Assembly (NCBI GenBank): GCA_037379345.1
Contig: CM074512.1
Span: 47,389,597-47,453,596, forward strand
From: Perna viridis
Lineage: Eukaryota
Length of the DNA: 64,000 nt
Direction of reading: 5' to 3'
The notes below the pieces were generated by a model. It made no database searches, was not told the DNA's origin, and saw nothing but the letters and a program-made list of their open reading frames with translations. Made by a program: the position numbers and the translations under genes. Below are positions 40,801 to 55,510 of the stretch, piece after piece; position 1 is the stretch's first letter; each line of letters begins with the position of its first letter.

Positions 40801-43800
40801 AAATGATCAATTGATTGATACGTTTTACATATACATATTCACTATTTTTCGTGTCTATTTCATTTTTTCTTTATAAACAGTGCTAGTAGAGTATACTGTC
40901 TATGTACAAAGTTATCTGAAATAAGAATACAAAAGTACTTTCATGACTGATGCAGCATAAATTTGTCAGCATTTATCATTTATTTGTCGGATCAAATTAG
41001 TAAACTTTAAAAATAGCATGTTTAGGTCAATCGAACTCAAAAGCTCGATGAGAAATTTTGAGCTGTCCTTTGGAGACAATTTTGTCGATGTGCTCCCTTT
41101 CGTTCGAAGTTCTTAGTTTCTTGGTGATTCCTGCTTGCCTGTTTACATATTTTCTTTCTTTTTGTAACTTGGTATGCTAAATTTCTATTGTTTTTATGAC
41201 AGATATTTTGAATAGAATACACGACTTACAATAATACTTTAAAAAAACGAAAACAAAAAGCAAAACAAAAACAAGAAACAAGAGAAACCAAAGTACAAAT
41301 TCATTACAAAAAAGTGGAGGAAAGCGATCAACAAATGAATAGAAACCCAGCTGTTCTCCGAGTACACGGGTTTGTCCTAAGACTAACAACATTTTAGACA
41401 GCCACAGAAGCATTGCTAACCACCCAACATGCATACTCATACGCGCACGGATTAGTATTTAAACAGAAATTGAAACAGTTTTCAAGCAAACGTGAAAAAG
41501 AAAAATCACGAACATTCCTACCTTTGTAAATGAAACGGCCATAAAACATACAATAGATTCGCAATCAATGACATGACCTACTTAAAGGACACGTACACTC
41601 GTCTGTTTTTGTGTGCAGATGTTGTGTGCAGCAATATAACATGGATGTTTAAATACTAGTGTTGCACTGTTGTATATGGTAAATACTCTTAAACTTTAAC
41701 TCTATTTTTATTTACTACTGACCTATGCAGCAAAGGTGTTATCAATACAAGCGGATTATTAAAGAAACTGTAAATTTATCAATATTGAAGACATAACCTG
41801 TGCACCAATAACACGATTTTGTTTTAGGAAGTAAAAATCATGCCAAAATCAGTAAGAACATTACATACTATTCAATCATGAATACCTAAGTAGAAAGACA
41901 AGTGACCAGTTGATAAAACGGACTAGATAATGAAATTATTATTTTTATGCAAAAAAATTTTACCCACTATGAAACAGTTTAGCTCTTCTAAACATTTAAG
42001 GCATTGTGATTTCTAAAGTAATCGATGTAGAAGTAAGACATTTGGTAAAGGCTGCAAAGAAATGATCTGTTGAAATCATTCATTTTGAAACAAACAAAAA
42101 TTGTTTTATATGGAAGGGACATCCGCCATAAATATGTTAACGCGTTTCTTTTAACTTGCTCATTTGTCCTCTGTATTTTCTTTCTTTGTTAATCGATGAT
42201 AGTTTAAACGTTAATTCGTGAAATGCATTTTTTTGCACTGTAACTTGCAGTTTGTACGCATCTTTCTTTGCTTAATGTCGTTTCTTTTTCTGTAACATCT
42301 TTCTTTTACGTTACTACAATTATTAATTTGTAAAATACTTCTCCTAACATTGAAAGTCGTAGTTTTCCAATATCTTCCTTTGTTAATGTCTTAAATCAGT
42401 GATTTATACAGGTTATGCATAAATTAAAACACGTTTCAATGAAAATCGTCACGATCGACACGGTTACAAAGAACGCATTAGACATTTAACAAATGAAGAA
42501 TAAACATGTTATTCATGATGATTTTTCACCGGAAGATCGAGGGGTTGGTAAAAAATCATGATGGGCATTTTCGGGTACATTTTTGGCTATAACTTTTGTT
42601 TTATTTAATGGCATTAAAATTTTTGAATGATTTCTAAAGAAGAATATAAGTGCTTTTTGGCATTTTAAATTGTTAAGAGATAAATCCACAATCTTGACAG
42701 TACGAACTTTTTTTCGTGGTGAAAAAATCTTCATTTATGGGCATAATTGGGCTTAGAACTTTAATATACATGTATATATATATTAATATGAAAATTTCAT
42801 GTAGATAAAATAAAATTTGGAGGTAATCATTCTATGTAGAATCTTAATCCATCTCACAACAGTAGTTTTATGAGCAGAAATATTGTCAGGTCGAACTACA
42901 TATAAATGCCTAAATTGGATTAGAGAATGTTAACTGGCTCGTAAAACTTTCACACCTTGTTAATCTAATTCATAATTAATCATGCAGGTAAATGGATTTT
43001 GGACCAATCTGATGGACTCTATGATCCGTACTATGGTATAAAAAAGCATTATCAGAGAGCTATAATGCTGTTTTGAAACAAGAGAATGAATGACAGAAAC
43101 TGCCGGTTAACATGCTTGTTCTCGGTTTCCACTTTTTACAAAACTGTGAAAACTGTGAGATCCTTATAGGCTTGTCTGGCACAGGTAAATATCACCTAAA
43201 AACGAGTTTTCTAGAGCAGTTATTTCGAGTGACGAATTAGTTATTCCTAAAAGACTCATTGGACCTTCTGGCATAATAGAATACATAAAAAAGAGCCTCA
43301 AATCTATGAATGGTCTTCTTTAAATCAACTGGAGCACGAATTAGGGAATGGCAAATTGCATGTAAGGCTGAGGGAAGTTTATCAGACATATCGCACGTAC
43401 AGGAAAAAAGTCTCTCCTCCCAGAATCATCAATTCTCTCCAGCAGTAAGTAGACAACATATGCACTTGCAAGGTATGTAATAGACAATAACCAAATCATC
43501 ATATACCCATTCAGGGTGCCTTTATTGTTCAAGGTAGAAGTGGTAAGTATTGTGTCACAACAGTTCCCAAAGAATCATGTCAATGTCCACCTACAACAAC
43601 ATGTTTCCATATCCTAACAGAAAAACTCCGCATAGGGCTTGAACCTGTTGAAAAAAAGAACCGTTGTCAATCTTTACCTACTGGCAAAAACAGTAGAAAG
43701 AGCACAAGCAAATCTACTCCAGTATCAAGAAAAAAGTTACAATTTAATTTACAGACAATCTAGGAAGATGACACTCTGAATGAAACACGTACATGTATAG

Positions 43801-45149
43801 ATGTTAATCCAGAATTACCATATGCTTAACTTAACCTACATATGAAAAAGGGGAAACTCGATTACAACAAAAAACATATCCAGGAAGACATTTTATCACA
43901 AAGCATACCTTGGGTAGGAAAGTTAAGACATGCATTCAATTTTAACAAAACAGTTTCCATAGAAATCGGGTTTCTAAGACACTTGTTTCGCACTACTGTT
44001 TAACAATGAAAAACAAAAGTGGTCATCGCACAGAAAATTTGAATAAGTGTCAAGCAAATCAGCACAAATGCACCATACAGGCAAGCACCAATGGGTAACA
44101 TCAGTCCAAACAGATAAAAAGAAAAACAGGTTTATGTTTTAGATAGTTTATTTGATAAATTGACAGTTTCTCCGGAAATCCAGTTATCACAGATTTACTC
44201 ATACATGTAACAAAATACGCGGCTTCTCGTCAAAATCCCAGAAATTCATAAACAGTCTGATTCAGTTGATTGTGGTTTATAGGTTACAGACCACCAATTC
44301 AACCAATGAGCATTTGGAACGTACGCAAAAATAGTCCTACGCAGAAATTACCCCTGTTCCTCATAGTGCTGTGAAAAAAGTTCTCATCTCATTTAAAAAA
44401 TTTAAACAGTTTCTGAAAGGAAAAACATTTCTGTACATTTTATAGGTGCATTTTGCTTCTTGTGATGTGAAGCCTAATCTCCATAATGATTTCTAAATAT
44501 ACCCCTATCTTGTGAAAACACTGGGATTTCCCATGCTATTTATAGACACTTCACTTCCGGTGACCAGTACTGCACTGCAAGTCTGCTAACCCCACATGCC
44601 ATTCTGAGGATTGTGAGCTGACATATGTAGAATCATGCTGATATATAGTCCTCTGCAGGTTAAAGTTAAGGTAAAGTCCAGAGAAGCCATTGAATATTGT
44701 GAAATTAGCATAGAAGCCTATGGGAAGTGGAATTAGTGGTTTTTAGCCTATATGCCATTACAAACACGGTTGAATTCTGTATTAGTGGTTTTACTGGAGT
44801 CTTCATATTCAGTTCGAAGAAAAATATATGAAAAAACTGAAAAAACTGAAAAAACTTTATTCAAGAAAACACTCAGGCGCTTGATAAGCGCTACAGGAGC
44901 GAAAATGAAATAATGAATTAACACAAATTTACAATGCAATAAAGTACATGATTGATTAGTATGATATATATCAGATTAGAAGTCCTATAGTATTTTAGTC
45001 AAGGAAGCGAAATGAGTACAACACGCCGATTACAAAAAATAAAAAAAGTAAAAAAAATTAAACTACTTTTTAATTTATCAATTACTTATCCATCAGTCAT
45101 GTGACCTAGAGGGGTATGATGGGCGGTACCACACCTTTTATGGATGAAT

Positions 45150-48100
45150 TAATTAATGAGCTTTATTACCGTACGTTATACAGGTACATGCGTACGTACC
45201 ACAGAAAGAAGTGTATAACAGTGAAATTAACGGAATTCATGAAATTTNNNNNNNNNNNNNNNNNNNNNNNNNNNNNNNNNNNNNNNNNNNNNNNNNNNNN
45301 NNNNNNNNNNNNNNNNNNNNNNNNNNNNNNNNNNNNNNNNNNNNNNNNNNNNNNNNNNNNNNNNNNNNNNNNNNNNCTCGAAAATTTATTTGTGTAACAT
45401 TTTGTCAGTGTTTTGGAACAAACAGTGTATTCATGAAAATTACCTGGATGTGAACAATATCTTTTCAACCTTTCGCAAAAAGATGGAAAGGTGAGTCAAA
45501 ACTTTAATGTTACAATACTTCAACATACCGTAGAACTAATGTGGGATAGGATTCGTTCTGTAATAGGGGGGTATATACTCATTTTGTATTTCAGTGACTG
45601 AGTTGTTTGAGCAATGAGCAATGTAATGGAGTTCATTTCCAATATCAGAGCCACAGAGTGTACATATTCGTTCATTTTCTGGAATTCTATTCCATCTCCC
45701 TGTCTCGATAGGGATTTTTAAATTACAAGTTCTTGCCTTACATATATATAATCTACTTGCTTCTTTAAGACGTATAAGGTATGACTCAAAACAAAATTCA
45801 GTCTTGAAATTGGAATAATATTTCCCTCTCGAGGAATTATCAGTATCAGGGAACCACTTCTGAATAAACTGGTCTTGAAGACGCTGTTTTACAATATCTT
45901 TTAAAGCATTTAATGTATAAAAGTTTACATTATCCCATATCTCACTCATGCTAATATTGTCAAAAATAGATTTTACGAAGCTAATCCACTTCAAAGAACG
46001 ATTACCGTTTGCGTATAAACTATATAATAGGTCACATAATTTTCCAGAAAGCTTATTTTTATTGATCATAAGCTTATACCAAAAACAAACCATACGCACC
46101 TTGATATTAGTTTCTAGAGGGTATTTTCCAAGTTCTCCATATATCATAATATTTGGCGTTGAAGACCGCACGCCAAGTATCTTTTTGCAAAATTGCAAAT
46201 GGATTTTCTCAATGCTTGAAAGATTTTCGAAGCCCCATACTTCAGAAGAATAAGTAAGAATAGGGGTAACTAGAGCATCAAATAATCTAAGTTGAAGGTC
46301 TATTGGAATGTGCGAGTTGCGTATTTTATGGTATAAAGCATACATCGCCTTTTGAGCTTGATTAATAAGTTTATCCCGGGCTTTACAAAAGCGACCATTA
46401 AAATTGAATAATAGCCCAAGATAAGTGTACGAATCACACTTTTCTACATTATCATTAAATAAGGTAAAATGAAAATTACATTGACATCTTCTATTACAAA
46501 AAATTACAATTTTAGTTTTATTAGTATTAACCATAAGTTTCCAGGAAGTACAATAGGATTCAAACACTCGAAGTGAGTTTTGTAATTCTTCTTCCGTATC
46601 AGCAAAAATAACTGTATCGTCTGCATAAAGTAAAATGAAAAGTTTCAAATATTCACCAAGTCTATCAAAAAATACAGAATCTAGAAATTGTAAATTGGAA
46701 CAAGAATTTTCATCTAGATAACTTTCTAAGTCGTTGAGATAAACGGAAAAAAGAAAGGGAGATAATTTCTCCCCTTGCCGTACACCAATTTCACATGTAA
46801 AATAATCAGTTTTTGATTCTCCATAGTGAACACATGACTTAATATCTGAGTACATATTATATATCAATCTGAACATCTTCCCATCTATACCCGATTTTAA
46901 TAGTTTTTGATATAACCCTACCCTCCAAACTATATCAAAAGCCTTCTTGAAATCTATGAAGGCACAAAAAAGTTTTCTGCCAGAAGAAAGATACAAAGAT
47001 ATAAGAGAGTGTAAAACAAAAGTGTTGTCTTGAACAGAGAATCCCTTTCGAAATCCGCCTTGTGCTTGAGTTATAAGTTCTAACTCATCAGCAAATGTAT
47101 TAAGTCTAGTGTTCATAATAGAGGTAAAAACTTTACCAGGGTTTGACGTTAAACAAATTGCTCTATAATTATCTAGGCCATTCTTATCACCCTTGTTTTT
47201 ATAGACAGGTTTAATAATTCCTGTGAGCCAGGCATCAGGAATTGTACCACTATCAAATACATGGTTAAAAAGCTTATTGTAAATCGGTAACATCAAATTT
47301 AACGTACTCTTAATGTATTCATTAACAATGCCATCTTCAGCAGCTGCTTTAGAATTTTTCAAACTTTTTACAGCAGAAATAATCTCGTCATCAGTTATAT
47401 CAAAATCTAACATATTTACAATACTTGGATCGATCATTTGATCAATGTCAAACTCATCATCATCATTTGGATTTTCATTTAACGATTTAAAATAATTGTA
47501 CAAAGTATCAACTGAAATATTAGCCTCGTCTGATGTTTTGTTATGCTTTAATTTATTCAATATTTTCCACAGACCTTTAGGATTTGTTTTGGAGGTTTTT
47601 CTAAGTTCAGCCTCCATTTTATGTTTGTAGTTATTGTATGCTTTATTCATGTTTTGCTTGTATTCCTTGCTCGCTTTTTTAACCTCATTTCTGTTGTGTA
47701 GGTTTTTGATGAAGCTGTAGCGATTGCGAGCCTTGTGAAATTTTTGACGTGATTCATGACATTCTCCATTGAACCAAACCTGAAATGTTTTGTGTGGTGC
47801 ATATTTTTTGTGGTTGTGTTTCTTGCTAAATGCATGAGTCGCTGCCTTTTTGAACAGGCCACCGATGGAGTTAACAATATCATTGACTATGTTTTTTCCA
47901 TCTTGACCAGCGTCATTCAGGTCATTTAATTTTTTATTGATTTCGTTGATTGTCTCAATGTCATCTTGCACTACTTCAACAAACCGGTTTTCTTTGTTTG
48001 TGTTCCACCTAGGAATTCGTGTAGCTTGTTCGTGGTGTGTATCGTTGGAATGTGTAGTAAAATTATTCATTGTTGCGTGGAAAGTAAATTGTAAAGCATT

Positions 48101-48850
48101 GTGTACATCAGAGAAAAGGGGGGTTGAACTCTAATACATTAAACATTTTTACAATTGGAATAGCACTTGAGGACAATAAAATATAATCAATTAAAGACAC
48201 ATTTTTACATGTTTTTTGACCAATCATATAGTCATTACCCATTAATCTACCATTACCAATATAGAGGTTGTTTCTCTTACAAAAATCAATTAGCTTGTAG
48301 CCATAATTATTAGCAGGTGAAATATCTTCTGAGAATCTCGAAAGAGGAAATTATAATTTTTTCAATTCTTCAAAATCATAGATATATGATCTAAAATCAT
48401 CATCATCTCCAATGTCATCCAAAATATCAAAGAGAGAATCATCAGGAATTACTACTTCATTCAAATGTCTAGTTTTTGCATTAAAATCACCAACCGTACA
48501 AACACAGCAACTATTTTTGCTTAAGATGTCAAGCATCTCATCCTCAATTTCATTAAATGCTTCACTAGATGCATATTTGGAATTTTCCGGTGATATTCTC
48601 GATAAATCACCACAATTCCACCTGATTTTCTTTTACAATTTGTTCTTATTTTTGAATTACATAAATAGCCATTTGGCAAATTTAATACATCAAGTTCGTC
48701 TGTTTTTGACTCTACAAAAATGTTTACATCATGAGACTTAACTAGTTCGATAAACTCTGGACAATTGAGTTTCGACTTCAGTCCACATACGTTCAGGAAC
48801 AAAATGTTAATATCATTCTTTTCTTCAGAGGGGGGAACAGAGACCATTTG
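45150..48850 (-). mobile_element. Non-LTR retrotransposon (APE endonuclease, RT, C-terminal Cys/His motif), RTE-X-like; RT ORF 48070-45536 open, endonuclease frameshifted
   Basis: EN fragments FLNVCGL, FVESK, GDFNAKT, LIDYI and SDVH; RT motifs NYRAICL, QGGFRKG, FIDFKKAFD, GVRQGEKLSP and LLYADD; YGELG and IETGRW...CTLC...HY..C. Clade assignment is from recalled motifs only. Confidence 0.9.
45248..45376. other. Assembly gap
   Basis: Run of 129 N. Confidence 0.99.
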
Positions 48851-49217
48851 ATTTCATGTTTGGAAAAGGGAGAGTTCAGGATGTTTCCTAAATCACTAAT
48901 GGGTCCAGTAGGTAAGGTGAAATCAAAAATTGCAACTGTAGAAATGAATTGAGATTGTGGTGAGGCCGATGGTATTGAGGACATGGTAGGTTGTGACTAT
49001 AAAAATGGGGTTAAAAGCTGTAGTGTTTGGAAACACAAATCTTGTGCAGACGCTATGTATAGTTTATTACTCAAACACCATAATACTATAGTACAGAGAA
49101 CAAATTCAATACTATTTACATAGATATATAATATACATAAGAAGTTGATTAGTGTACATGTATTGGAAGGAATAATATTGAGTCATGATGAATTTCTATA
49201 TACATAAATTTAGAGAA

Positions 49218-51790
49218 CTATCCTGGAGACAACATCTTTGTAATTTGTCGCATAAGTTTACATAAATTGTTGAGAACAGAAGGTGATGAGTTATTCATCA
49301 AAGCTTTAAATTTAATAATATTTGGTCTTTTAACAATTTTTTCTACAAGAAGGATTTTTCTGTCACTATCAAACGATGTGCACCTCAACGAATAATGGAA
49401 CTCACTCCCAATATCGCCCGAATTAAATAAATGACATTTTCTATTTCCTCTACTTATATTTTGCCAACGCACACTTTCAATGGGAAAGACGACTGTTGAA
49501 ATTGGTGTAGAAGGCTTTACTTAATTGTCAAAAATATCCAAGATTCATTATGTTCGTGTTGTTCATTTCAAACAAAAGACAAACCACACTCATCCAATAT
49601 TGATTTAACCTTTTTACCCAGAATACTCTTGTTATATTTTTAAGAGCAAAGTTAAATAAAATTGCAGGTAGCTTTTCAGATTTTCCAATAACTAATTTAA
49701 CCCAAAAGTTAATGACCCTCAGTTTATTTTTTATTTCCAGTGGATATCTGCCTAGTTCCCCGTAAACCATAAAATCTGGGATTTAATTTTTTACATGCAT
49801 TAGGGTCTTACACAATTTTAGATGCACCATTTCTATAACAGTATTATGTTTAATGTCCCAAGTTCTGCAACCGTATAAGAGAGGAATAGGTCGTATAACT
49901 CGGTAAAATAAATCAAACTGGTATTCCAGGAATAAGTTGTGTTTTCTGCATTTACGTAGAACATCGTACATAGCTCGATTTGCCTTTTCTACGTTTATCT
50001 TTTTTTGCTTTTGAAAAGATGTTCTTGACAACAATATTCCTAAACAATTGAAACTTTAAACCGTATCAAGAGATGCATCATTGTACATTGTACTTAAAAC
50101 TTAGTTTTTTATACATCTTGCCTTTTGAAAAAGCAACACGGTTTAATCTTTTATAATATGATGTCACCTGGTAACACAAATTAACTCAATAACTGAAAGG
50201 ACTGCATATATGTATATTAATGTTCTAGGTCTAATTATGTCGGTAAATGAAGATTTTTCAACCCGAGAAGATTTGGGGTTCATCTCTAAATTAATTTCAA
50301 ATATCTATATATCAAAACGAAGCACAAATTGACACCTTTAGGAATCCAATAAATATTTTTGCTTTTGCTTTCTTTTCACGCTACATCTAGTACCACTGAA
50401 AAGAAATCAAGGAAAATATGATAACAGTGCCTTTGATATTTGCAAAATGTTACAATATGTAAATGCATGAAAATATACATGTATTTTAGCCACATAATAT
50501 GGAAGTACAGAAACCTTCTCTTGATGAGAAATATTCTTACATGTACATATAATTGTGTGAAAAATCAGGCAAAAACAGAGGTTGGGTGGTTATCATTGTT
50601 CCAAGTTTTTATTAGTATTTAAGCCACCTAGTCAGTTCTGGTTGATTGAAATTTTGCAAACAGTATTTCTGTAGCATTATAATTTCTCTCCTACATTATA
50701 AAAAGTTAATACAATAAATATATATTATATTTTAGTGTTCTGAAATGTTATTCTTAAAATATCTCTATCAGCTGTCTTAATTAAGAAAAAATAAACATTT
50801 CTTTCTCTAAAATAATTCAAATTTATCTTAAATAAAACAAAACAAACTTTACAAAAATGTAGTACAGTGTACTCCATGAGTACATCTTTGTTTCATTGAC
50901 TGTTAATAACAGGTAACATAAGTAATAGTAGAATAAGTTACTTTTCACCTGGCTGACAGGTGGTCATTGTTAAAACAACATCCCCTCATAACCAGGAAGA
51001 TCATTAAAGTGGTTTGAAGTGGTGAGTTTAAAACAATAAATTAAAGCCATTTCATGTACTAGACAAAACTTCTAAATACAGAAACTGGGCTTCTCCAAAG
51101 TATGGTTTCTAGTTATCTGATGATGATAATGATGTCTGGACACCCCCCAATTTCAAAATATCTATTTCCATCCCTGTATGTTGATTAATTTATGAGCAAT
51201 TAATGTCACACTCCAAAGTAAAAAACAAATTTGATACATGTATTATTATATTACAAATATCATAATTTCATGTATGAAATATTTAATTGATACTGTACTA
51301 CATATGCCAATAACCATAGTTAGAGTACATGCACATGTATTTTTGAAGTTTTCAGTATAAATTTCCTGTTCACAGACATACAAATGTAAACTGCAAATTT
51401 TGCTAAGACATATGACATATGTTCTACACAGCAATGTTTATAGTAGACCTATCACCAGTTCTTGACAACAATATTCATAAATAATTGAAACTTTAAACCG
51501 TATCAAGAGATGCATCATCATTGTACATTGTACTTAAAACTTAGTTTTTTATACATCTTGCCTTTTGAAAAAGCAACAAATTTACTTTTGCTAACATTAA
51601 CTTTAAGTTTCAACAATGTGCAATAGTCATAAAGTGCATCAAGTTGTTTTTGTAGATCGGATTCTGATTTTGATTCTGACAGTAATACCGTGTCGTCAGC
51701 ATATAATACAGTGAAAAGATTTTTAAAAATGAGAGAGTTCAGTTTCAATTTCTTCTGTTAAAAAATTCAGTCCATGAATGTTTCGTTTGA
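49218..51790 (-). mobile_element. Older, fragmented RTE-X-like LINE (49218-50140 and 51458-51790)
   Basis: VLYADDTVLL, WxLKVN-like LKLKVNVSKSK, KANRAMY, VYGELGRYPL and DIGSEFHY.L.C fragments in colinear order. Confidence 0.8.
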
Positions 51791-54099
51791 TTCTTGAAAA
51801 AGTCTAGGCTTGTGATTAGGTCAGCCACAATGATAATGATTGAAAATTTGACAATGGGGCAATGGGGCAATGTCTAATACAAAAATACCTGTAATTTACA
51901 AACACTAGAACACTTTCTCAAACCTTCAGAACCCATCTGGCAGAGGCGGATCCACACACTTTGAAAATGAGGGGTGGCAGTTTGGGTTCCTCAGAAAAAG
52001 GGGGTGCTAGGACATTATTTGCCATTTATGTCAATTTTACACATGAAAATTATTGTTTTCCCATAAAAAGGAGGGATGCCCCCCCCCACACACACCCTCA
52101 CTGTAATCATAAACATTAAAACTATACTTACGTTTTTTGTACATCACAAAAACGTACATTGCAGCTCCGAAAATCCGTTTTTAGAAGCTCCCGACATTCG
52201 CAATAGATTTTTACAGTCATGATAGTAGTCTATATTTAACTCCTATGATTGACAAACAATTAACACTTTCAAACCTACAGGACCCACCTTGTAATGGTAG
52301 ACTTTAATAATATACTAACAACTCAAAGAATGTACATTGCAGGTAAAAAAATCCGTCATTAAAAACTTCCGACATCTTCTTGTGAATGTTTGACCGGGTT
52401 GCTCGAGTAACCAAAAACCTCGGTGTGAACCGAAAACCAGATTGAAAAACCGAAAACCTCAATAAAACACGTTTTAGTGTGGTATAATTGCTCACTGTGT
52501 CATTAAACATACTTGCAAATAAGTTTTTTTATTATTATTCCAGCACTTTCTACACACCTAACGAAAGTCTGTAATAATCAATATGGTGTCAGTACTTTGA
52601 AATTAGTCACTTGTCCTTCCGACGCCATATTGTTTTCGGTTACTGGAGGTACCGTGTTTGACCTGCGTCAAGTCAATTAGAAAAAATAATCCTGCTCGCT
52701 AAGACAAAATTCAAATAGTTTAAGATAAGCACATATTCATAGAAATATTGCAATTCAACAAATATTACAAAAGCTTCGATGTCATAATACTTCCATCTCT
52801 TACGAAAATAAAGCATCACATATTGATCAGCGGCGGAGCGATATACTAACGTAAATTTACAAGGTGGAAAAGGGGAGGGTAAAGAGAACAGATCGCGGAA
52901 TATTTAGGGAGTTCCATGTGGCAATATCCGCTTCCGGTTGAAACCTAAAATAGCCTTCCTTGATAAAAAGGAAATGATCTTTCCATAGGGTCATGCACAT
53001 GACAAGTTCAGGTCATCATTGCAATTTGATGTATTTACAATCAATAATTTACAAAACGGTTCAAAGTTTCGTTCTTAAGAATTTTACCTCAACAGAACAT
53101 AACTTAACGGTTTTTTTCTGTTCAATTTAGTCGTGCTATATGACATATACCAGTATATATTGATGATAATCAGATCAAATACGACAATATATAAGCAACT
53201 TGTCAAACATCAACATACAATTGGCTGGCTATTATTTATATTACTTGATGTCACTCAGCTGCAAGTCCCTGTGGATGAGAATGAGCTACAACATGCAAAT
53301 TAATTATTCTGTGACATTAAAGTAATACTGATTAGTCGAAATGAAGATGGATATGCCATTTACCATGTTTCAACTGAGTATTTCTTTATTCAAAGAACAT
53401 CAAAATAGTTTTAGAGAATCCTGATCAGAAAAAATTGCCTAACCTCCGTAACTGCACCGACAACACTGTTGCGTAATATGTTTTGTACATGTATAAACGC
53501 ATTTATCTACAACGAAAATAGGTATGATGTATATGTGAAAGAGACAACAACTCTACCGGGACGAAAATATCAGCCAAGTCTTTAATGAACGACGAGGTAA
53601 CCTTCATACCACAGGGCACCCTGCAGCTGACCCCAAAACATCAAAATATGCGGGAGGGTTAAAGTAATTTGACGTTCAAATGGTCTGAGTCCCTTGTTAC
53701 AACGGAAATAAAGAAACTGAATATAAATCACACAAATGTACAAACTAAGAATTACTGCCAGCTCCAGACCAGTTTAAACCTACAAAAAGTTATTTCCCCA
53801 TCGTATGTCAAATCCCATTCTTCCCATGCGGGATTGAAAATCACGGTATATCAAGAACACAGCTCATGTCATGCCAATAATAGCTTTTGAATATATTTTA
53901 AATTTCTATGTAAAGACCCTATGAGTGAATCAACGATAATACAAAAAAGCTGCCCTTGACGATTTGACAATATAATAACTATATCCCTTACGTATGAGCC
54001 TATTCAACAGTTAACTTAACTTATTGGGCGACTACCGTGCTTTGTGTAGAATATAACTGTGAAACAAAGGGTGAGAGATACCCGCATGTATTAATTCTT

Positions 54100-55510
54100 T
54101 TTAAGTACATCTGTGTTTGAGAGTTAGTTTCTTGTATCGGTTGAAAAATTTTGTGAATGTTTGTACAAGCTTGGGATATGGAAAACCTTGATGTAGTGAT
54201 TTCTCTGTTATATAAAGATTCCTTTCATTAAATCCGAAACACTGTTACCAATACGAGCAAATCGAACCATTTGTGATATAAAAAAACATATGATAGTGAC
54301 AAACGGACGTCACCATCAATAGGCACAATGAAATCATCCCTTTTATCACAAATTTTAGTATTAAATTTCCCATTATGGATAAGAATACTAAGATCAAGAA
54401 ACGGACATCCTATATTAATTGTCAATATTTGCTTTGTTCAAAATACAGGATATTTATCTTTAGTAAAACTATTGCAGTCATCGTTGTTTAGAGCCAAAAT
54501 ATTGTCTAAATATCTAAAAGTGTTATTAAATTTTTCTACCAAATGTTGTTTGGAAGAGTCTTTATTTATTCTAGCCATAAATTGTGATTCATACCAGTAC
54601 AGAAAGATGTCCACAATGAGTGTTGCACAATTGGTCCTCATGGAAATTCCAATAACTTTACGATAAACAGTTACGCCGAAGTGTACGAAAAATTTGTCTA
54701 ACAGGAAGTCGAGTGCTGTAAGTATATCAAAAGAAGTCCAATTGATGTAGTTTTTATGTTTTTCGTTACTAATAAATGATCTAAAAGAATTCGAACAAAT
54801 ATATTCGCATCCCGATTTATGAGTGACAATTTGATAAGATATGATATTTTTTGTTTTATGTGAAAGTTTAAAGTTTCGAAAAATCAAAACTTATTTCGAA
54901 AAATCCCTTATAGGCTTGTAATTTCAAGCACTTTAAGAGGGTTTTTTTACACTCCAAATATAGTAAATTCCTCTATTCTCATAAGCTTTGTTATAAAAAA
55001 ATAATTATAAGATTTTTTATGGTATTGAACGCACTAGTAAGTAAAATAGAAAGTTCAGTTGTAGAGCAATGACTTAAAGAAGAAATGAATCTATATTTAT
55101 ATGGTGATTTGTGAAGTTTGGGAAGCCAGTACATAGTAGGAACTTCCATGCTACTAGCCTCAGCTTGTACAGAGGAAGCAACAAGTTTGTGTTTGTTCAT
55201 AAATTCACTTTCTTAAAATTTAATCCGTTGGAATGTTGGTGAATTCGTATTTTGTTGCAGAATTTCAATATAAAATTTACGAAAAATAACAGTAATATCA
55301 TTTGCAGCTTTATCATCAGGAACAGGAACAATTTCCTTGCTGACTTCTTTTAATTTGTGTTTTATTCAGGAAATACGGTTTTGATGTTGTAAAGGAATAC
55401 AATGTTCCTGGAAATGTTTTATTCGGATGTTAACTACTTTCATAACTATTTTGAAGAAAGAATCTAAAACGTTCTTGTCTAATTTCTCACGTTTAATCCA
55501 TTTTATACTA
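54100..55510 (-). mobile_element. Decayed Penelope-like retroelement RT
   Basis: PTMYWLPKLHK.PYKYRFI, GISMRTNCA (GIPMGTNCA-like), FRYLDNIL (YxDD-like) and FLDL...DKRDDF motifs, split by stops and frameshifts. Confidence 0.85.

Noticed and set aside
43050-44700. Moderately complex sequence that might be an exon or TE ORF
   Set aside because: No sustained reading frame or identifiable domain.
45116-45468. ORFs spanning the N run
   Set aside because: Artefacts of the assembly gap.
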